This document shows positions 10,396 through 22,240 of a DNA stretch of 64,000 nucleotides, piece after piece (position 1 is the first letter of the stretch; every line of letters begins with the position of its first letter). Where the stretch lies: assembly GCA_963847625.1 (NCBI GenBank), contig CAWKAR010000034.1, forward strand, positions 49,358 through 113,357. Reading direction: 5' to 3'. The position numbers were made by a program, and so were the translations under genes. Origin of the DNA: a candidate division FCPU426 bacterium (GTDB lineage: Bacteria > Oederibacteriota > Muellerivitia > Muellerivitales > Muellerivitaceae). The notes beneath the pieces were generated by a model, which saw only the letters and a program-made list of their open reading frames with translations, ran no database searches and was not told the origin of the DNA.

Positions 10396-13300
10396 TCACT
10401 GCTCCACTAGGATCTTGAGGGTCTGCCTGGCGACCAGGTACCCGTTGGCGTCCCTCTGCTCGGTCTTGGCGATGTAGAGCCCGCTGGCGATCCCCGCCGC
10501 GTTCCAGGTCACCTGGCTCGTCCCGCCCGCTCCATTGAGTTCAGTCACCAGCTCGCCCGCCACGTCGTAGATCTTCACTATCAGCTTCACCCCTGCCGAC
10601 GATCCCTGGAATGTCACCAGCCTCGTTCCGCCCGTCACCGGGTTCGGATATGCCCACACCCTCGGCGCCGCCTGTTTCACCCCGTTCACCACCACCACCG
10701 ACGTGATGATCACCGTCTCCCCGCCCTTCCCGTCCGTCGAGTGCACCTCGATGAAGTATTTACCGTTGGGCACCACCGTCCCCCCCGACCCGTGCCCGTC
10801 CCATACCGTCGTCACCCCGTTGTTCGTCGCGATCACCAGCGTCCCGTCCGTCGGCGACCCGGGCTCCAATACCGTGCTTGACAGCTTCACCCCCGTGATC
10901 ACCGTCCCCTGCGGGTCCTCCACCACGCTGTACAGCGTCTGCACGATCTCCCCAGCCTCGTTGTAGATGTCGATTGTCACTTTCTCCAGCGAACGGCTCA
11001 CCACCACGTTCAACACCACGCTCTTGTCCGCCCCGAAGGAGTCGATATTGTCCACCTTCACGTAGTAATCCCCGTTGGGCACCGGGTTCCCGTTCTGGTC
11101 CGTCCCGTTCCACACCGTGATTTGCGTGTTCAGGTCGTAGATCGCCACCGGGTCGTTCAGCCCGCTGATCAGGTTCCCGTTCTTCAATTGCAGGTCCACC
11201 AAAGGCTGGGAATACTGCGTCACCAGCAGTTCCTTCACCAGTTCCCCCGCCTCGTTGTACACCCCCACCTTCACCGTGTAACTACCCGTCACCTGCAGTA
11301 TCGCGCAGGCCGTCTGCGGAAGCGCCCCAGGAACGCTCATTACCGCGCAGTTCGTGATCGGCCCCGCCTGCGTGAAGTTGTTGATCGAAACTATGTAGGT
11401 CAGAAGGTAGTTCCCCGGTGCCAGGGTGGGCAGAGCCCAATTCATCACCGTCACGCCCCCCGCCACGTTCAGCGAGGCTGACGTGTTGGCCGGGGAGGTC
11501 CCGAACGTCACGAAACTGCAGTTGGCAGGGAGGGCATCCTGCACCACCAGCCCAGTCGCAGTGTTATTACTCACGTTTAGCATCAGCGTGTAGGTCACCT
11601 GGTCCCCTGACGTGCCAGTCGACTCCGATTCCTGCTTTTGCAGCGTCACCACCGCCGCGGGGGTGGGAGTGGGCGTCGCCGTGTTCGTGAAGGTCGGCGT
11701 CATCGTATTGGTCGATGTATTGGTATTCGTGGGGCTGAGTGTGTTGGTCGAAGTCGGCGTGTTGCTGGGCGTCCGGGTGGGTGTCGAGGTGTAGGTATTG
11801 GTGAGGGTGTTGGTCGAAGTCGGCGTATTGGTGTTAGTCCTCGTGTTGGTCGCCGTGTAGGTGTTCGTGGCTGTGGATGTGGAAGTCGGCGTGTAGGTGT
11901 TGGTGGGAGTGTTTGTCAGCGTGGAAGTCGAAGTGACGGTGGGCGTATTCGTGGGGGTGCTGGTATTGGTCGGTGTGGAGGTGTCGGTGAACGTGGCGGT
12001 TGGGGTCGACGTGTAGGTATTGGTAGAAGTATTCGTAGGCGTCGGCGTGTTCGTAGGCGTCGGCGTGTTCGTCGGGGTTGGGGTGAACGTATACGTGAAG
12101 GGAGGGGTGTTGGTCGAAGTGGGTGTGGCGGTGGAAGTGCTGGTTGGAGTCGGGGTGGGCGTCGAGGTGAACGTGTTGGTCGGAGTCGGGGTGGGAGTGT
12201 TGGTATTCGTCGCTGTGTTGCTCGGCGTCGGCGTGAAGGTATCGATCGGCGTGTTTGTCGGGGTGAGGGTTGCGGTTTCCGTCGATGTATTCGTCGGCGT
12301 ATTGGTAATCGTCGGGGTGAAGGTGAATGTTAGCGTGAATTTGGGGGTGTCAGTCGAGGTGGGAGTGTCGGTTGAGGTGCTGGTTGGAGTCGTTGTCAGC
12401 GTCATGGTAGGGGTATTCGTAAAAGTTGGCGTCGGAGTGCGGGTCGACGTATCGGTTTGAGTCAAAGTTGGTGTCAAAGTAGCCGTGTTAGTCGGAGTCG
12501 GAGTTGACGTATTCGTTAGCGTATTTGTCAGCGTAAACGAAGGCGTGATTGTTGGCGTATTCGTGGGTGTCGGGGTCCGAGTGGGAGTGAGCGTGTTGGT
12601 CGACGTGGGAGTGGGTGACTGAGTCCCGGTTGATGTAAGGGTCGCCGTGGGGCTGTTCGTCGGCGTGTTCGTCGGGGTTGGCGAAGGGGTGATGGTAGGC
12701 GAATTGGTAGGGGTAGGTGTTGATGTCTTTGTCGGGGTGTTCGTCGGCGTATACGAGGGCGTTATTGTCACGGTCGGCGTCGGGGTCCGGGTCGGCGTAT
12801 TCGTGGGTGTATTCGTCGGCGTAAGCGATGGCGTTATCGTCACGGTCGGCGTGGGGGTGTTCGTGGGCGTGGGAGTCTGGGTATTCGTCGGCGTGAACGA
12901 AGGTGTGATCGTCAAGGTTGGCGTCGGGGTCCGCGTCGGGGTGGAGGTGGGGGTATTCGTCGGCGTGAATGAAGGTGTGATCGTCACCGTTGGCGTGGGG
13001 GTGTTCGTGGGCGTGGAGGTGGGGGTATTCGTCGGCGTGAACGAAGGTGTGATCGTCACGGTCAGCGTCGGGGTCCGGGTGGGAGTGGAAGTCGGGGTAT
13101 TTGTCGGCGTAAGCGATGGCGTTATCGTCACGGTCGGGGTCAGGGTCCGGGTCGGGGTGGAAGTCGGGGTATTCGTCGGTGTGAACGTAGGCGTAATCGT
13201 TGGCGTATTCGTGGGTGTCGGGGTCCGAGTGGGAGTGAACGTGTTAGTCGACGTGGGAGTGGGTGACTGAGTCCCGGTCGGCGTGTGGGTAGGGGTGGGG

Positions 13301-15666
13301 CTGTTCGTCGGCGTGTTCGTTGGGGTTGGCGAAGGGGTGATGGTAGGCGTATAGGTCGGGGTTGGCGTGGGCGTCCTTGTCGGCGTGTTCGTCGGCGTAA
13401 ACGTGGGCGTTGTGGTCGGGGTCGGTGTCGGGGTCCGGGTCGAGGTGTTCGTGGGGGTATTCGTCGGCGTAGGTGTGGGGCTTACCGTCGGGGTCGGCGT
13501 GGGCGTAGGAGTCGGTGTGTTGGTCAGCGTGTTCGTGGGCGTGAAGGTAGGCGTGCGGGTTGGAGTAGAAGTCAGTGTGTTAGTGGGCGTCAGGGTGGGG
13601 GTATTGGTCGGCGTAAACGTGGGCGTTGTGGTCGGGGTCGGTGTCAGGGTCCGGGTCGGGGTGTTCGTCGGTGTATTCGTTGGGGTCGGGGTTGGCGACA
13701 CTGTGGGCGTGGGGGTGGGGGTCCGGGTCGGGGTGTTCGTGGGCGTATTCGTCGGCGTAGGTGTGGGGCTTACCGTCGGGGTCGGCGTAGGTGTGTGCGT
13801 GGGGGTGTTCGTCGGCGTATTGGTCGGGGTTGGGGTTGGCGACACTGTGGGCGTGGGGGTGGGGGTCCGGGTCGGGGTGTTCGTGGGCGTATTCGTCGGG
13901 GTCGGGGTTGGCGACACTGTGGGCGTGGGGGTGGGAGTCCGGGTCGGGGTGTTCGTCGGCGTATTCGTCGGCGTAGGTGTGGGGCTTACCGTCGGGGTCG
14001 GCGTAAGTGTGTGCGTGGGGGTGTTCGTCGGTGTATTCGTCGGGGTCGGGGTTGGCGACACTGTGGGAGTGGGGGTGGGAGTCCGGGTCGGGGTGTTCGT
14101 GGGTGTATTCGTCGGGGTCGGGGTTGGCGACACTGTGGGAGTGGGGGTAGGGGTCCGGGTCGGGGTGTTCGTGGATGTATTCGTCGGGGTCGGGGTTGGC
14201 GACACTGTGGGAGTGTTGGTCGGGGTCGGGCTCCTCGTGGGAGTTGGAGTGAGCGTGGGGGTGTAAGTATAGGTATAGGTGTATGTGTTGGTATGGGTAA
14301 AGGTGGGCGTGACGGCTGGGGTCGGAGTATAGGTATTGGTGTTAGTGGGAGTGGGAGTATAGGTATAGGTATAAGTGTTGGTATGGGTGAAGGTTGGCGT
14401 GACGGCGATCGTCGGAGTGTAGGTGAAAGTATGTGTAAAGGTGGCCGTAAAGGTATTGGTGAAAGTGTTGGTGTGGGTGAAGGTGGGAGTGACGGCCGGG
14501 GTCGGGGTATAAGTAAAGGTGTGCGTATAGGTAAATGTCGGACTGTTGGTTGGAGTGTTAGTGAAGCAAGGACGGTTCACCGTCACCGACGCGGAGGTTT
14601 TAGTGCCGCTGGAAATGGCTATGCTGGCTTGGTTGGTGATCGTTTGGCATTGGTTCCCCGCCCAGTAATAATCTTCAAAACAGGCCATAAGGGTCACGCA
14701 GGTACTCCCTTCAAAGTACCCCCATGTCGCAGCGTAGGTCCCGTAACTGGCTGCCGGAACCGGCCAACTTTCTTTTCCGCCGGATTGGATGGCAGTCGTG
14801 GAAACCGCCGGGACAATCCATCCGATAAAGGCCAAAGCCGTTCCGCTGCCGCCTTGTATGTCGTTAAGAATCGCGTTACCGCTTGTTACGGGTCCCCCGG
14901 TGTCGCAAACCACCACCTGGAAGGTCACGAACATATCCCCGCCGCTTTCGCTTGCCGACACAAGGCTCTTAGTAATCGTCATCGTGGCCGGCCCCACGGT
15001 CGGTTGGGGCGCAGGAATGGTGGTGGCTACGGATTCGAAAAGAGCGCCTCCGCAATTGCCAGTGCTGTAATCCCCGTCGGTGGTGGAAGCCACATATGGA
15101 ACTATCTTACCCGTCACGGGGTTGAATATATCTTGGCCCCAACAGCAAAGACCAGAAGTGGTGTCGACCACTGTCGGGCTGCCCCAGCCGCTGGTGCTGT
15201 AGTCGGTCGCGTACCAGTTGGTGGCGGGGGGAGTGGTGGGGTTCCCGGAACTGATATAATCCAATTTGACGCCGCTGGTACTGCTGGTGATTTCGGAATG
15301 ATTTCCGCCGGAACAGGTGATGTCCAGATCCCAGGAGGTGTAAAGGTTGTTGCAGGCGGTGTTTTGGGTATAGACACTGACATAAACTTGGCTGCCGGTT
15401 AAAAGGGATGTGGGAACAGTGATGCAACCCGGAGGACAGGACCCGGTGCCGTCCCAGTTGCAATAAGCCACTTGCCCCAGGTAAACGCCGCCAACATAGA
15501 CCTGCGACCAGTCGTCACTCGCCACGCAAATTCTGGCCGAAGTGGGCGTGCATTGTGCCCAAGTTAGGCCGGGAAAGATGAATGCAAAAAACATCAACCC
15601 CAAAAACCCAATCAGGGGTTTAGAGTCCTTAAAAAGCTTTAAATTGGAAAGGAGAATAAATTTCAT
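10396..15666 (-). CDS. Large secreted protein: Cys-containing N-terminal domain, ~950-aa Thr/Pro linker, DUF11-like domain, repeated FlgD-Ig-like modules and a PNP-type C-terminal domain
   Basis: Signal peptide; GDQVTYTL...VVQDALP (DUF11-like); repeated YNEAGE(L/I)V and W(N/D)G...VPNG.Y; AYPNP...ASGLY. Confidence 0.8.
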   Translation of the reverse strand: MKFILLSNLKLFKDSKPLIGFLGLMFFAFIFPGLTWAQCTPTSARICVASDDWSQVYVGGVYLGQVAYCNWDGTGSCPPGCITVPTSLLTGSQVYVSVYTQNTACNNLYTSWDLDITCSGGNHSEITSSTSGVKLDYISSGNPTTPPATNWYATDYSTSGWGSPTVVDTTSGLCCWGQDIFNPVTGKIVPYVASTTDGDYSTGNCGGALFESVATTIPAPQPTVGPATMTITKSLVSASESGGDMFVTFQVVVCDTGGPVTSGNAILNDIQGGSGTALAFIGWIVPAVSTTAIQSGGKESWPVPAASYGTYAATWGYFEGSTCVTLMACFEDYYWAGNQCQTITNQASIAISSGTKTSASVTVNRPCFTNTPTNSPTFTYTHTFTYTPTPAVTPTFTHTNTFTNTFTATFTHTFTYTPTIAVTPTFTHTNTYTYTYTPTPTNTNTYTPTPAVTPTFTHTNTYTYTYTYTPTLTPTPTRSPTPTNTPTVSPTPTPTNTSTNTPTRTPTPTPTVSPTPTPTNTPTNTPTRTPTPTPTVSPTPTPTNTPTNTPTHTLTPTPTVSPTPTPTNTPTNTPTRTPTPTPTVSPTPTPTNTPTNTPTRTPTPTPTVSPTPTPTNTPTNTPTHTPTPTPTVSPTPTPTNTPTNTPTRTPTPTPTVSPTPTPTNTPTNTPTRTLTPTPTTTPTFTPTNTPTLTPTNTLTSTPTRTPTFTPTNTLTNTPTPTPTPTPTVSPTPTPTNTPTNTSTRTPTPTPTTTPTFTPTNTPTRTPTPTPTYTPTITPSPTPTNTPTNSPTPTHTPTGTQSPTPTSTNTFTPTRTPTPTNTPTITPTFTPTNTPTSTPTRTLTPTVTITPSLTPTNTPTSTPTRTPTLTVTITPSFTPTNTPTSTPTNTPTPTVTITPSFTPTNTPTSTPTRTPTPTLTITPSFTPTNTQTPTPTNTPTPTVTITPSLTPTNTPTNTPTRTPTPTVTITPSYTPTNTPTKTSTPTPTNSPTITPSPTPTNTPTNSPTATLTSTGTQSPTPTSTNTLTPTRTPTPTNTPTITPSFTLTNTLTNTSTPTPTNTATLTPTLTQTDTSTRTPTPTFTNTPTMTLTTTPTSTSTDTPTSTDTPKFTLTFTFTPTITNTPTNTSTETATLTPTNTPIDTFTPTPSNTATNTNTPTPTPTNTFTSTPTPTPTSTSTATPTSTNTPPFTYTFTPTPTNTPTPTNTPTPTNTSTNTYTSTPTATFTDTSTPTNTSTPTNTPTVTSTSTLTNTPTNTYTPTSTSTATNTYTATNTRTNTNTPTSTNTLTNTYTSTPTRTPSNTPTSTNTLSPTNTNTSTNTMTPTFTNTATPTPTPAAVVTLQKQESESTGTSGDQVTYTLMLNVSNNTATGLVVQDALPANCSFVTFGTSPANTSASLNVAGGVTVMNWALPTLAPGNYLLTYIVSINNFTQAGPITNCAVMSVPGALPQTACAILQVTGSYTVKVGVYNEAGELVKELLVTQYSQPLVDLQLKNGNLISGLNDPVAIYDLNTQITVWNGTDQNGNPVPNGDYYVKVDNIDSFGADKSVVLNVVVSRSLEKVTIDIYNEAGEIVQTLYSVVEDPQGTVITGVKLSSTVLEPGSPTDGTLVIATNNGVTTVWDGHGSGGTVVPNGKYFIEVHSTDGKGGETVIITSVVVVNGVKQAAPRVWAYPNPVTGGTRLVTFQGSSAGVKLIVKIYDVAGELVTELNGAGGTSQVTWNAAGIASGLYIAKTEQRDANGYLVARQTLKILVEQ

Positions 15667-16065
15667 TTTTTATTCCGTTTTTGAGCCTTACTCACCCAAG
15701 AAAATAAACTTGAGTAAATACATTCTTTTTTTGCACTGGGTAAGTATTTCCCAGTTCCCTCAACTGCCTCGGGTAAACTTAATTAGAAAACGTGCAAAAA
15801 ACGTTCCAATTTCATCACTTTTAAAAAACCTAAAAACCATATAGTTCCACTAATTTGTGGAGAATCATCAGGAAATTCAGGGTTTAATTATGAGAAATGT
15901 CAGTTTTTTGAACCCTCCGGGTCTATTTTTGACTATAAAAAACGCGGAAAACCCATAATGGCTTTTTTGGCTTTCAGTCAAACTTTCGGGAAAAATGAAT
16001 ACAAGAAGATCTTATTTCATTAAAAAGGCTGTTATACTTCACCGCGTTTTTCTCTTAATTTTGGA

Positions 16066-17085
16066 ATGATTTCAGGATTAAAAATGAAAACCTTGATGCG
16101 GGATACTTTTTCGCTTTGGCAAAACATAGCCGAAAAAGCCATTCAAAAAATTCCTCCCACCCGCGAGGAGGGGCTCAGGATATTAATGTCTCCGCGGGAA
16201 GATACATTTTCCCTCGTTCATTCGGCTTACCTGGTGCGCCGGCATTTTCATGGCCATCGGGTGCGGATCCATGTCTTGCAAAACGCCAAGTCGGGCGCTT
16301 GTTCTGAGGATTGCGGCTTTTGCTCCCAATCCTCCAAATACCTGACGGCCTCTTCCCAATATCCCCTCATGGATGTGGAAACCCTGGTTTCGGGCGCCCA
16401 TAAAGCCAAGGCGGCCGGCGCATGGAAATATTGCATGGTGACCGCCACCCGCGGGCCCAGCAACCGGGATTTGGACGTCCTATGCGAGGCCACCCGCCGG
16501 ATCAAGGCCGAAGTGGGGATTAAAGTCTGCGCATCGCTGGGAATCCTTACCGCCGAGAAAGCCTCGCGTTTGGCGGAAGCGGGCGTCGACCGCTTCAATC
16601 ACAATCTGGAGACCTCAAAAAGCCATTTTCAAAAAATAGTCTCGACCCACTCCTATGAGGACCGGGTCCAAACGGCCCGCTTGGCCCGCGAAGCGGGAAT
16701 AGAAGTTTGTTCAGGGGGGATCATCGGTATAGGCGAGGGCCCGGAAGACGTGGTGGACTTGTGTTTTTCCCTCTTGGAAGTAACGCCTTCCTCCGTTCCG
16801 GTGAATTTTCTGGATCCCCGACCCGGCACTCCCTTTGGAGGGTTCCCTCGGGTGGACCCTTATTACGCCCTTCGTGTGCTTTGCCTTTTCCGGTTTGTCC
16901 ATCCCGAGGCAGATTTGAGGGCCGCCGGGGGCCGGGAGGTCACGTTTCGGTCCCTCCAGCCATTGATCCTTTATGTCGCCAATTCCATCTTCACAAACGG
17001 TTATTTGACCACCCCGGGCCAGGGGGAAAACGCGGATCATCAAATGATCAAGGACTTGGGGATGGAACCGGAAATCCCCGGGTAA
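16066..17085 (+). CDS. bioB: Biotin synthase (start may be 16084 or 16096)
   Basis: NAKSGACSEDCGFCSQS radical-SAM motif, FNHNLET, CSGGIIG, VPVNFL, YLTTPG. Confidence 0.95.
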   Translation: MISGLKMKTLMRDTFSLWQNIAEKAIQKIPPTREEGLRILMSPREDTFSLVHSAYLVRRHFHGHRVRIHVLQNAKSGACSEDCGFCSQSSKYLTASSQYPLMDVETLVSGAHKAKAAGAWKYCMVTATRGPSNRDLDVLCEATRRIKAEVGIKVCASLGILTAEKASRLAEAGVDRFNHNLETSKSHFQKIVSTHSYEDRVQTARLAREAGIEVCSGGIIGIGEGPEDVVDLCFSLLEVTPSSVPVNFLDPRPGTPFGGFPRVDPYYALRVLCLFRFVHPEADLRAAGGREVTFRSLQPLILYVANSIFTNGYLTTPGQGENADHQMIKDLGMEPEIPG

Positions 17086-17136
17086 GTCGGATGGTTTTTT
17101 CCTTTTAAATACTCCCGGCGGGTTTGGGAAGAGGGG

Positions 17137-19080
17137 TCATTTCTTTTCGGAACCAGGAATAGGATTGGTTAAAGACTTCAGGATTTTCAGGGCTTGCGGA
17201 TTATGGGGCTTGTCCGCCAGGACCCGCCTCATACACTGCTGGGATTGCCCTTGTCTTCCGGTTAAATAATACAAAGTCCCCAATTGCAAGAAAGCATCCC
17301 AGTATCGTCCTTGGGTGCGGCGGACTTCCTCGAGAAAAAGGGATTCAGCAATTTCCGGATGGTTGTTATTGGCGCAGAATATGCCCATTCGAAGCAATCC
17401 CGTGGAATAGGCGGTTCGTGTGGATAAATCCTCCCAAAAGCATTTCCAAAACGGATGTGGAGAAGACTGGATCAAGGCGGGAATCTCCTTGGATAAAATC
17501 AGGGCGCCATTTTCCGCCAATAACCTCGGATAATTTAACGTCGGGATTTTCTCTTCATAACCCTTCCTCAAGTAAATGGCCATGAGCCCATCCAGATATA
17601 CCAGCCTCCAATCCGGATTTTTCTGAAGTTCGAGATACCACTGTGTCGCGGGGATAAAACTAAAAAAGAGGATATCGGGCTGGTATTTTGCCAAGAGCGG
17701 CTGCAGCCCCCCGGGGACCAGGGACCCCATGAACTCCGAGTAAAAATCATCCCCCATGACTTCCAGGCGCGCGTCGATAAAGGTCTTTTGGGGGCCTTTC
17801 CAATCCAGCCATCCCCCGGAGTCCATGTGGTTCAAGACCCGCCCTTGAAGGCCGTTCTGGTTGAGGAATTCACAGGCTTTAACAGGCAGTTCTTCCAGGT
17901 TCAATCCAATTCCAAAGCGGTCCGTCCGCCGGTCGGAAACATAATAGGCGCCGCTGGCCACCCTTAGGGCCATGATGAAAAGGGCAAGGGTCAGGACCCA
18001 AGCGGTTGGGATTTTTAAGAAAGCCAACTTTTGAACCTGATGGAGCCAGGATGCCTTCATGTCGCTCCAACAGGATGCCGCGATCGGAAGGCAGGAAAGG
18101 AAAAGGAAGGGAATGTTCCGCAAGGCGGTAAAAGAGAGCCATAAAAAAAAGGCCGCAATTAGGATTTCATGGATTTTCCTCTTCCTGATCGTCACCAGGA
18201 TCATGACGATGAGAGCCGGGCAAAATAATTTGTAAAGGAGCAGGTAGAGGGTCGGGGTTGACCAAAAGGTATCATTGAGTCCCCAGGGCGGTTGGAATTC
18301 CTTGATGGTGGCCTTGAAAATACTGGAGGCGTTGAGCCTGTTCAGGAGAACGAAAGGGAAAGACATTCCTTGGAACCCGTAGGGATTCAACAGGCAAACA
18401 ATCAAGGATAAGGCCGAGTAACCCCAAAGTTTTTTGTCCCCTCCCTGCCTGAGAAAATCCGAAAGGCAATAGATCCACAACAAGCCCAAGCCGATGGGAA
18501 AAAGGCCTTCCAGGTTGGCCCAGGCGAGTTGGAGAACGGGAAGCAGGAAAAGCAAATCCCGTTTCCGTTGTGCCCTCAACTCCAGGACCCACAGGATGGA
18601 AACCGAAAGAACCCAGCTTAAGATCTCCGGGCGGATCCTGAAGCGGTATTCGCACCCAAACAAGGTGGCTGTCAATAACAGCGCGCACATCCAAAGGGGG
18701 GCGTCCGCGAGCCGGAGGCGCTTGAAGGTTGCGTAAAAAGCCAAGGCGATCAAAAGGGTATTGGCGGGGGCAAGGAAAGAATAACCGCCAAGCTTGAAAA
18801 GAAGAAAAAGAAGGACCTGGTAAAGCCATTGGATATCCAGGTACTCGTGGTCCGGGACGGAATAAGTGAAGGTGTCACAGGAGGGAAAGACGCGGTTTTG
18901 CAAAATCCATTGGCCGGCTCTCAAATGAAACCCCAGGTCGGTGTCATTGACCAGCCTAAGTCCTAAAAGCGCCAGCAGGAGAAAACAAGCCCATAAACAG
19001 TAAAGCCAGGGATCGGCAAAGGGTTTCGGAACAGGTTCTACGACTTTTTCAGCGGAATCGGCGGGGGGATTGGAATCCAT
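17137..19080 (-). CDS. Polytopic membrane protein, GT-C-like, with a C-terminal TPR-like region
   Basis: DTDLGFHLRAGQWI, RPE, WANLEG, TFIDAR motifs; many hydrophobic helices. Confidence 0.7.
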   Translation of the reverse strand: MDSNPPADSAEKVVEPVPKPFADPWLYCLWACFLLLALLGLRLVNDTDLGFHLRAGQWILQNRVFPSCDTFTYSVPDHEYLDIQWLYQVLLFLLFKLGGYSFLAPANTLLIALAFYATFKRLRLADAPLWMCALLLTATLFGCEYRFRIRPEILSWVLSVSILWVLELRAQRKRDLLFLLPVLQLAWANLEGLFPIGLGLLWIYCLSDFLRQGGDKKLWGYSALSLIVCLLNPYGFQGMSFPFVLLNRLNASSIFKATIKEFQPPWGLNDTFWSTPTLYLLLYKLFCPALIVMILVTIRKRKIHEILIAAFFLWLSFTALRNIPFLFLSCLPIAASCWSDMKASWLHQVQKLAFLKIPTAWVLTLALFIMALRVASGAYYVSDRRTDRFGIGLNLEELPVKACEFLNQNGLQGRVLNHMDSGGWLDWKGPQKTFIDARLEVMGDDFYSEFMGSLVPGGLQPLLAKYQPDILFFSFIPATQWYLELQKNPDWRLVYLDGLMAIYLRKGYEEKIPTLNYPRLLAENGALILSKEIPALIQSSPHPFWKCFWEDLSTRTAYSTGLLRMGIFCANNNHPEIAESLFLEEVRRTQGRYWDAFLQLGTLYYLTGRQGQSQQCMRRVLADKPHNPQALKILKSLTNPIPGSEKK

Positions 19081-19132
19081 TTCGAAATTATAACAAAAGC
19101 ACAGGTCTGGCCCAAACTGACCTTTTTAAATT

Positions 19133-21178
19133 ATGATGGTCTGGATGAAACCGGCCCCTACCCAAAAAGACCCTTTGACCCGCTGGCTTCTGCCCGCCGC
19201 CTGGATCGCGGTCATCCTCCTGGCCTATGGGCGTCTTCTGGTCCACCCGGATCTCCATATCGCTTGCCCGGAAAACGACACCTGGAACCTGCCCATCCGA
19301 TGGTCCGTCCTATCTTCCTTGAGGCAAGGTATTCTTCCCCTGTGGAACCCCCTTTCCGCATTCGGCATCCCCTGGCTCGCCACCTGGCAGACCGAGACCT
19401 TTTATCCAGGGACCTTGTGTTTCAAAATATTCGGTTTGAATTTCTGGAACTATTCCGGAATCCTCCACCTTCTGATTCTTTCGTTGGGCCTCTACCGGCT
19501 TTTAAGAAATGCCGGAGTGGAAACCTTTTGGTCTTTCTTTTGTTCAGCCATCGCCCTCCTGAACGGCTGCGCTTACAACCATCTGGGCAGTAATTCCTCC
19601 ATGGACACGATGGCCTGGGCGCCCTGGCTTTTAGTGGCCGTCCAGAACATGGCCCGTCAAAAGAAGGCCGGTAGTTTCCAATTCGCGGCTTTCCTGGCCC
19701 TTCAGATCTTCGCCGGTTATCCCCAGATTATTTTTTACTCCATTGTCGCCGCCGCGGCCTACGGCGTCTTCTTATCGGGTTGGAAATTCCCGTTGCAGTT
19801 TTTCTTCCCCCTTCTCTCAGGCCTCATCCTATCCGCCTGCCAATGGTTGCCTTCCGTGGAGTATTTTTTCCTGAACTCGGTGCGGTTTCCCGCCGTTCAG
19901 AACAACCCGGGATTTTTTCTTCCGCTGGAAAACTTGAAAACCTTTCTTCATTTCAACGTCCTTTGGCAGAACAACATCCCCGACTATGTGGCTTCCCCGA
20001 CTTTCTTTTATTTTAATTTCTATTCTGGCTTCATCCCTTTGATGGTGCTTATCCTTGGAATGGCCCGATGGAACAAGCTTAAAACCGAAACGCGATTTTT
20101 CCTTGCAGGTTTCCTTCTTTTTCTCATCTGGGCTTTGGGTTGGCCGGCCATGCTCGGCAACGCCCTTCACCTTCCCCTGCCGGCCTTCCTGGAACCTGCC
20201 AAATGCTGGGTCCTCCTGAACGTGCTGGAACTGGCGGCCCTGGGACTGATCGGCAAGGACCTTTTTCCCAAGCCGGGCGCCTGGAAATGGGCTGTTCTCA
20301 TGATAGCCCTCGCAGACCTTCTCTACGCGGTTTGGACCCGCCCCCTGGAAAGAAATTTCTTTCCTCCCCATCCGTTGTTGGCGCAGGAATCCGCAAAAAT
20401 AAAAGACAACCTGGAGCAGGGCCGTGTTTTGATCCTACCTGACGCACAGCGGCACCAGGAGGTTTATACCCCGCTTCCCTCGCACGATGGAAAACCTCTG
20501 TTCAAGCATTTTGTCCCCAATTCCAATCTTTTCGTTTCCCTGCCGGTGGCCAATTTTTACGGCTCCACCTGGCCGTCTTGGGGGTCCCTCGATGCGCAAT
20601 TTTATTTTTTCCGGGGGTTTCCCTACTTGCGGGGAACTTTAATGGACTTCCTGGGGGTGGATCTCCTACTCCTGACCGGAGGCAATCTGGCTCCCCCTTA
20701 TGAAAAAATATTCCAGGACCCCCCTTGGACCCTGTGGAAAAACCCACGGTCCCTGGGTTCCCATTTTTTCTTTTTCGGGAACCCCCAAGAGGGCAGCCGC
20801 AAAGAAGCGTTCCAAGCCTTCGCGGACGGCGCCAATCCCCTTCAAACCCTTTACTTGGACGCCAGCTTCGTTTCAGAACCTTCCCTTCATCAGCCGAGCC
20901 TCTTGGATCCCTCCAAAATCCTGTTTAACCTTCCCCGGGATCGAAAGGGTTTCTTGGTCATGGCGCAAAATGCCATGCCCGGATGGCGGGCCTGGATTGA
21001 CGGGAAAGAAACCGAAATCCGCCAAGCGGACGGGATTTTCCAATGTGTGTCGTTTCCGGAAGGATCCCGGACGGCGCATTTGCAATACGAACCCGCGAGT
21101 TTCCGCCTGGGTTTGTTCTTGAGCCTGGCGTCCTGGATGATGCTGTTATCTTTCGGAGGGATTAAAAAGGAATCCTAG
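19133..21178 (+). CDS. YfhO-family membrane protein (putative GT-C glycosyltransferase)
   Basis: LPLWNPLSAFGIPWLA..Q...FYP at the N-terminus; PGWRAWIDG...YEP..FRLG at the C-terminus. Confidence 0.8.
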   Translation: MMVWMKPAPTQKDPLTRWLLPAAWIAVILLAYGRLLVHPDLHIACPENDTWNLPIRWSVLSSLRQGILPLWNPLSAFGIPWLATWQTETFYPGTLCFKIFGLNFWNYSGILHLLILSLGLYRLLRNAGVETFWSFFCSAIALLNGCAYNHLGSNSSMDTMAWAPWLLVAVQNMARQKKAGSFQFAAFLALQIFAGYPQIIFYSIVAAAAYGVFLSGWKFPLQFFFPLLSGLILSACQWLPSVEYFFLNSVRFPAVQNNPGFFLPLENLKTFLHFNVLWQNNIPDYVASPTFFYFNFYSGFIPLMVLILGMARWNKLKTETRFFLAGFLLFLIWALGWPAMLGNALHLPLPAFLEPAKCWVLLNVLELAALGLIGKDLFPKPGAWKWAVLMIALADLLYAVWTRPLERNFFPPHPLLAQESAKIKDNLEQGRVLILPDAQRHQEVYTPLPSHDGKPLFKHFVPNSNLFVSLPVANFYGSTWPSWGSLDAQFYFFRGFPYLRGTLMDFLGVDLLLLTGGNLAPPYEKIFQDPPWTLWKNPRSLGSHFFFFGNPQEGSRKEAFQAFADGANPLQTLYLDASFVSEPSLHQPSLLDPSKILFNLPRDRKGFLVMAQNAMPGWRAWIDGKETEIRQADGIFQCVSFPEGSRTAHLQYEPASFRLGLFLSLASWMMLLSFGGIKKES

Positions 21179-22239
21179 ACCGGAAGGTTTAGCATTTCTT
21201 TGAGGGGCTGAAAAACCTGGGAAGGGGTGATCTTCCGGAGGCATTCCTGTTGGACATGCTTGGCCTTGTTACCCTCCTGCGGATAGGGGCACTCATTCCG
21301 GTCGCAAGGCCCGCAATCCAGGAAATGTTGTAGAAACCTGTGCCTGGAGTCCCCCGGTTTAACCCAGCTGATACCCCAATGGGGACCGCAAAGGGTGAGG
21401 CTCCGGGTTCCCAAGGCCTGGGCCAGGTGTTGGGGGGTTCCGTCGGCTCCCACGAGCAGATCTAGTTTGGAGATGAAAGCCGCCGCCTGGAAAAGGGTCG
21501 TTTCCGGCTTCACCAGGGTCTTGTCCTCCAACCCCGATCGGATTTCACCGATCAAGGCTTTGTCCCCCGGCCCCCCGAACAGGATCGGCTTCACTCCCAG
21601 TTGCCCAAAAATCAAGAGAACCAATTCCTTCCACTGATCCGGGGACCAGCGTTTGGAAGGCCAACTGCCGGTAGGATTCAACCCGATTTCCCATTTTAAC
21701 CCCGCCATTTCTCCCCGCGCAAATAATTCCTCGGCCCACTGGAGATCCTTCTCTGGGATGAATAATTCCGTCCGGTTCCCGTCGTCGGGCACATTCAGGA
21801 AACGGAGGATGTCCAGGTTCACCTCGGCCTGGTATTTGCGCACCTTGTTCTTGGGAATAGGATGGGTGAAAGCCCACTTGCGCACCCGGAAAGCGAATCC
21901 CGCCCGAAGCGGCGCGCCCGTAGCCAGGGTCAGCCAGGCCGACCGGGGCTCGGCGGCCAGGTCCAGGACCCAATCGTAACGGGACTTCCTGAGCGACCGG
22001 ATGAATTCCCATTTCTTCCGGAGGGATTCGTGCTTTTCAGGGTGCAGGATTAAACGGTCTAGGTTTGGATTTTTTTGGAGGATAGGGCCACTGACGGGGC
22101 GGGTGAGAAAATGGATCTCGGCTGTTGGGAATTTTTTCCGGAGAGCGCGCAACAGGGGTGTGGAAAGGATGACGTCCCCGATGCCCTTCAACCGGATCAG
22201 GAGGATTCGTTTCGGAAAGGAGGGAATGGGAACCGGCAC
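21175..22239 (-). CDS. Glycosyltransferase family 9 (heptosyltransferase-like)
   Basis: IGDVILSTP, SKRWSP, ADGTPQHLAQA, C-terminal CGPC...C. Confidence 0.88.
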   Translation of the reverse strand: MPVPIPSFPKRILLIRLKGIGDVILSTPLLRALRKKFPTAEIHFLTRPVSGPILQKNPNLDRLILHPEKHESLRKKWEFIRSLRKSRYDWVLDLAAEPRSAWLTLATGAPLRAGFAFRVRKWAFTHPIPKNKVRKYQAEVNLDILRFLNVPDDGNRTELFIPEKDLQWAEELFARGEMAGLKWEIGLNPTGSWPSKRWSPDQWKELVLLIFGQLGVKPILFGGPGDKALIGEIRSGLEDKTLVKPETTLFQAAAFISKLDLLVGADGTPQHLAQALGTRSLTLCGPHWGISWVKPGDSRHRFLQHFLDCGPCDRNECPYPQEGNKAKHVQQECLRKITPSQVFQPLKEMLNLPV

Positions 22240-22240
22240 C

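Noticed and set aside
4397..15402. Many Val/Gly-rich and Arg/Gly-rich plus-strand ORFs
   Set aside because: Antisense shadows of the Thr/Pro repeat coding sequence.
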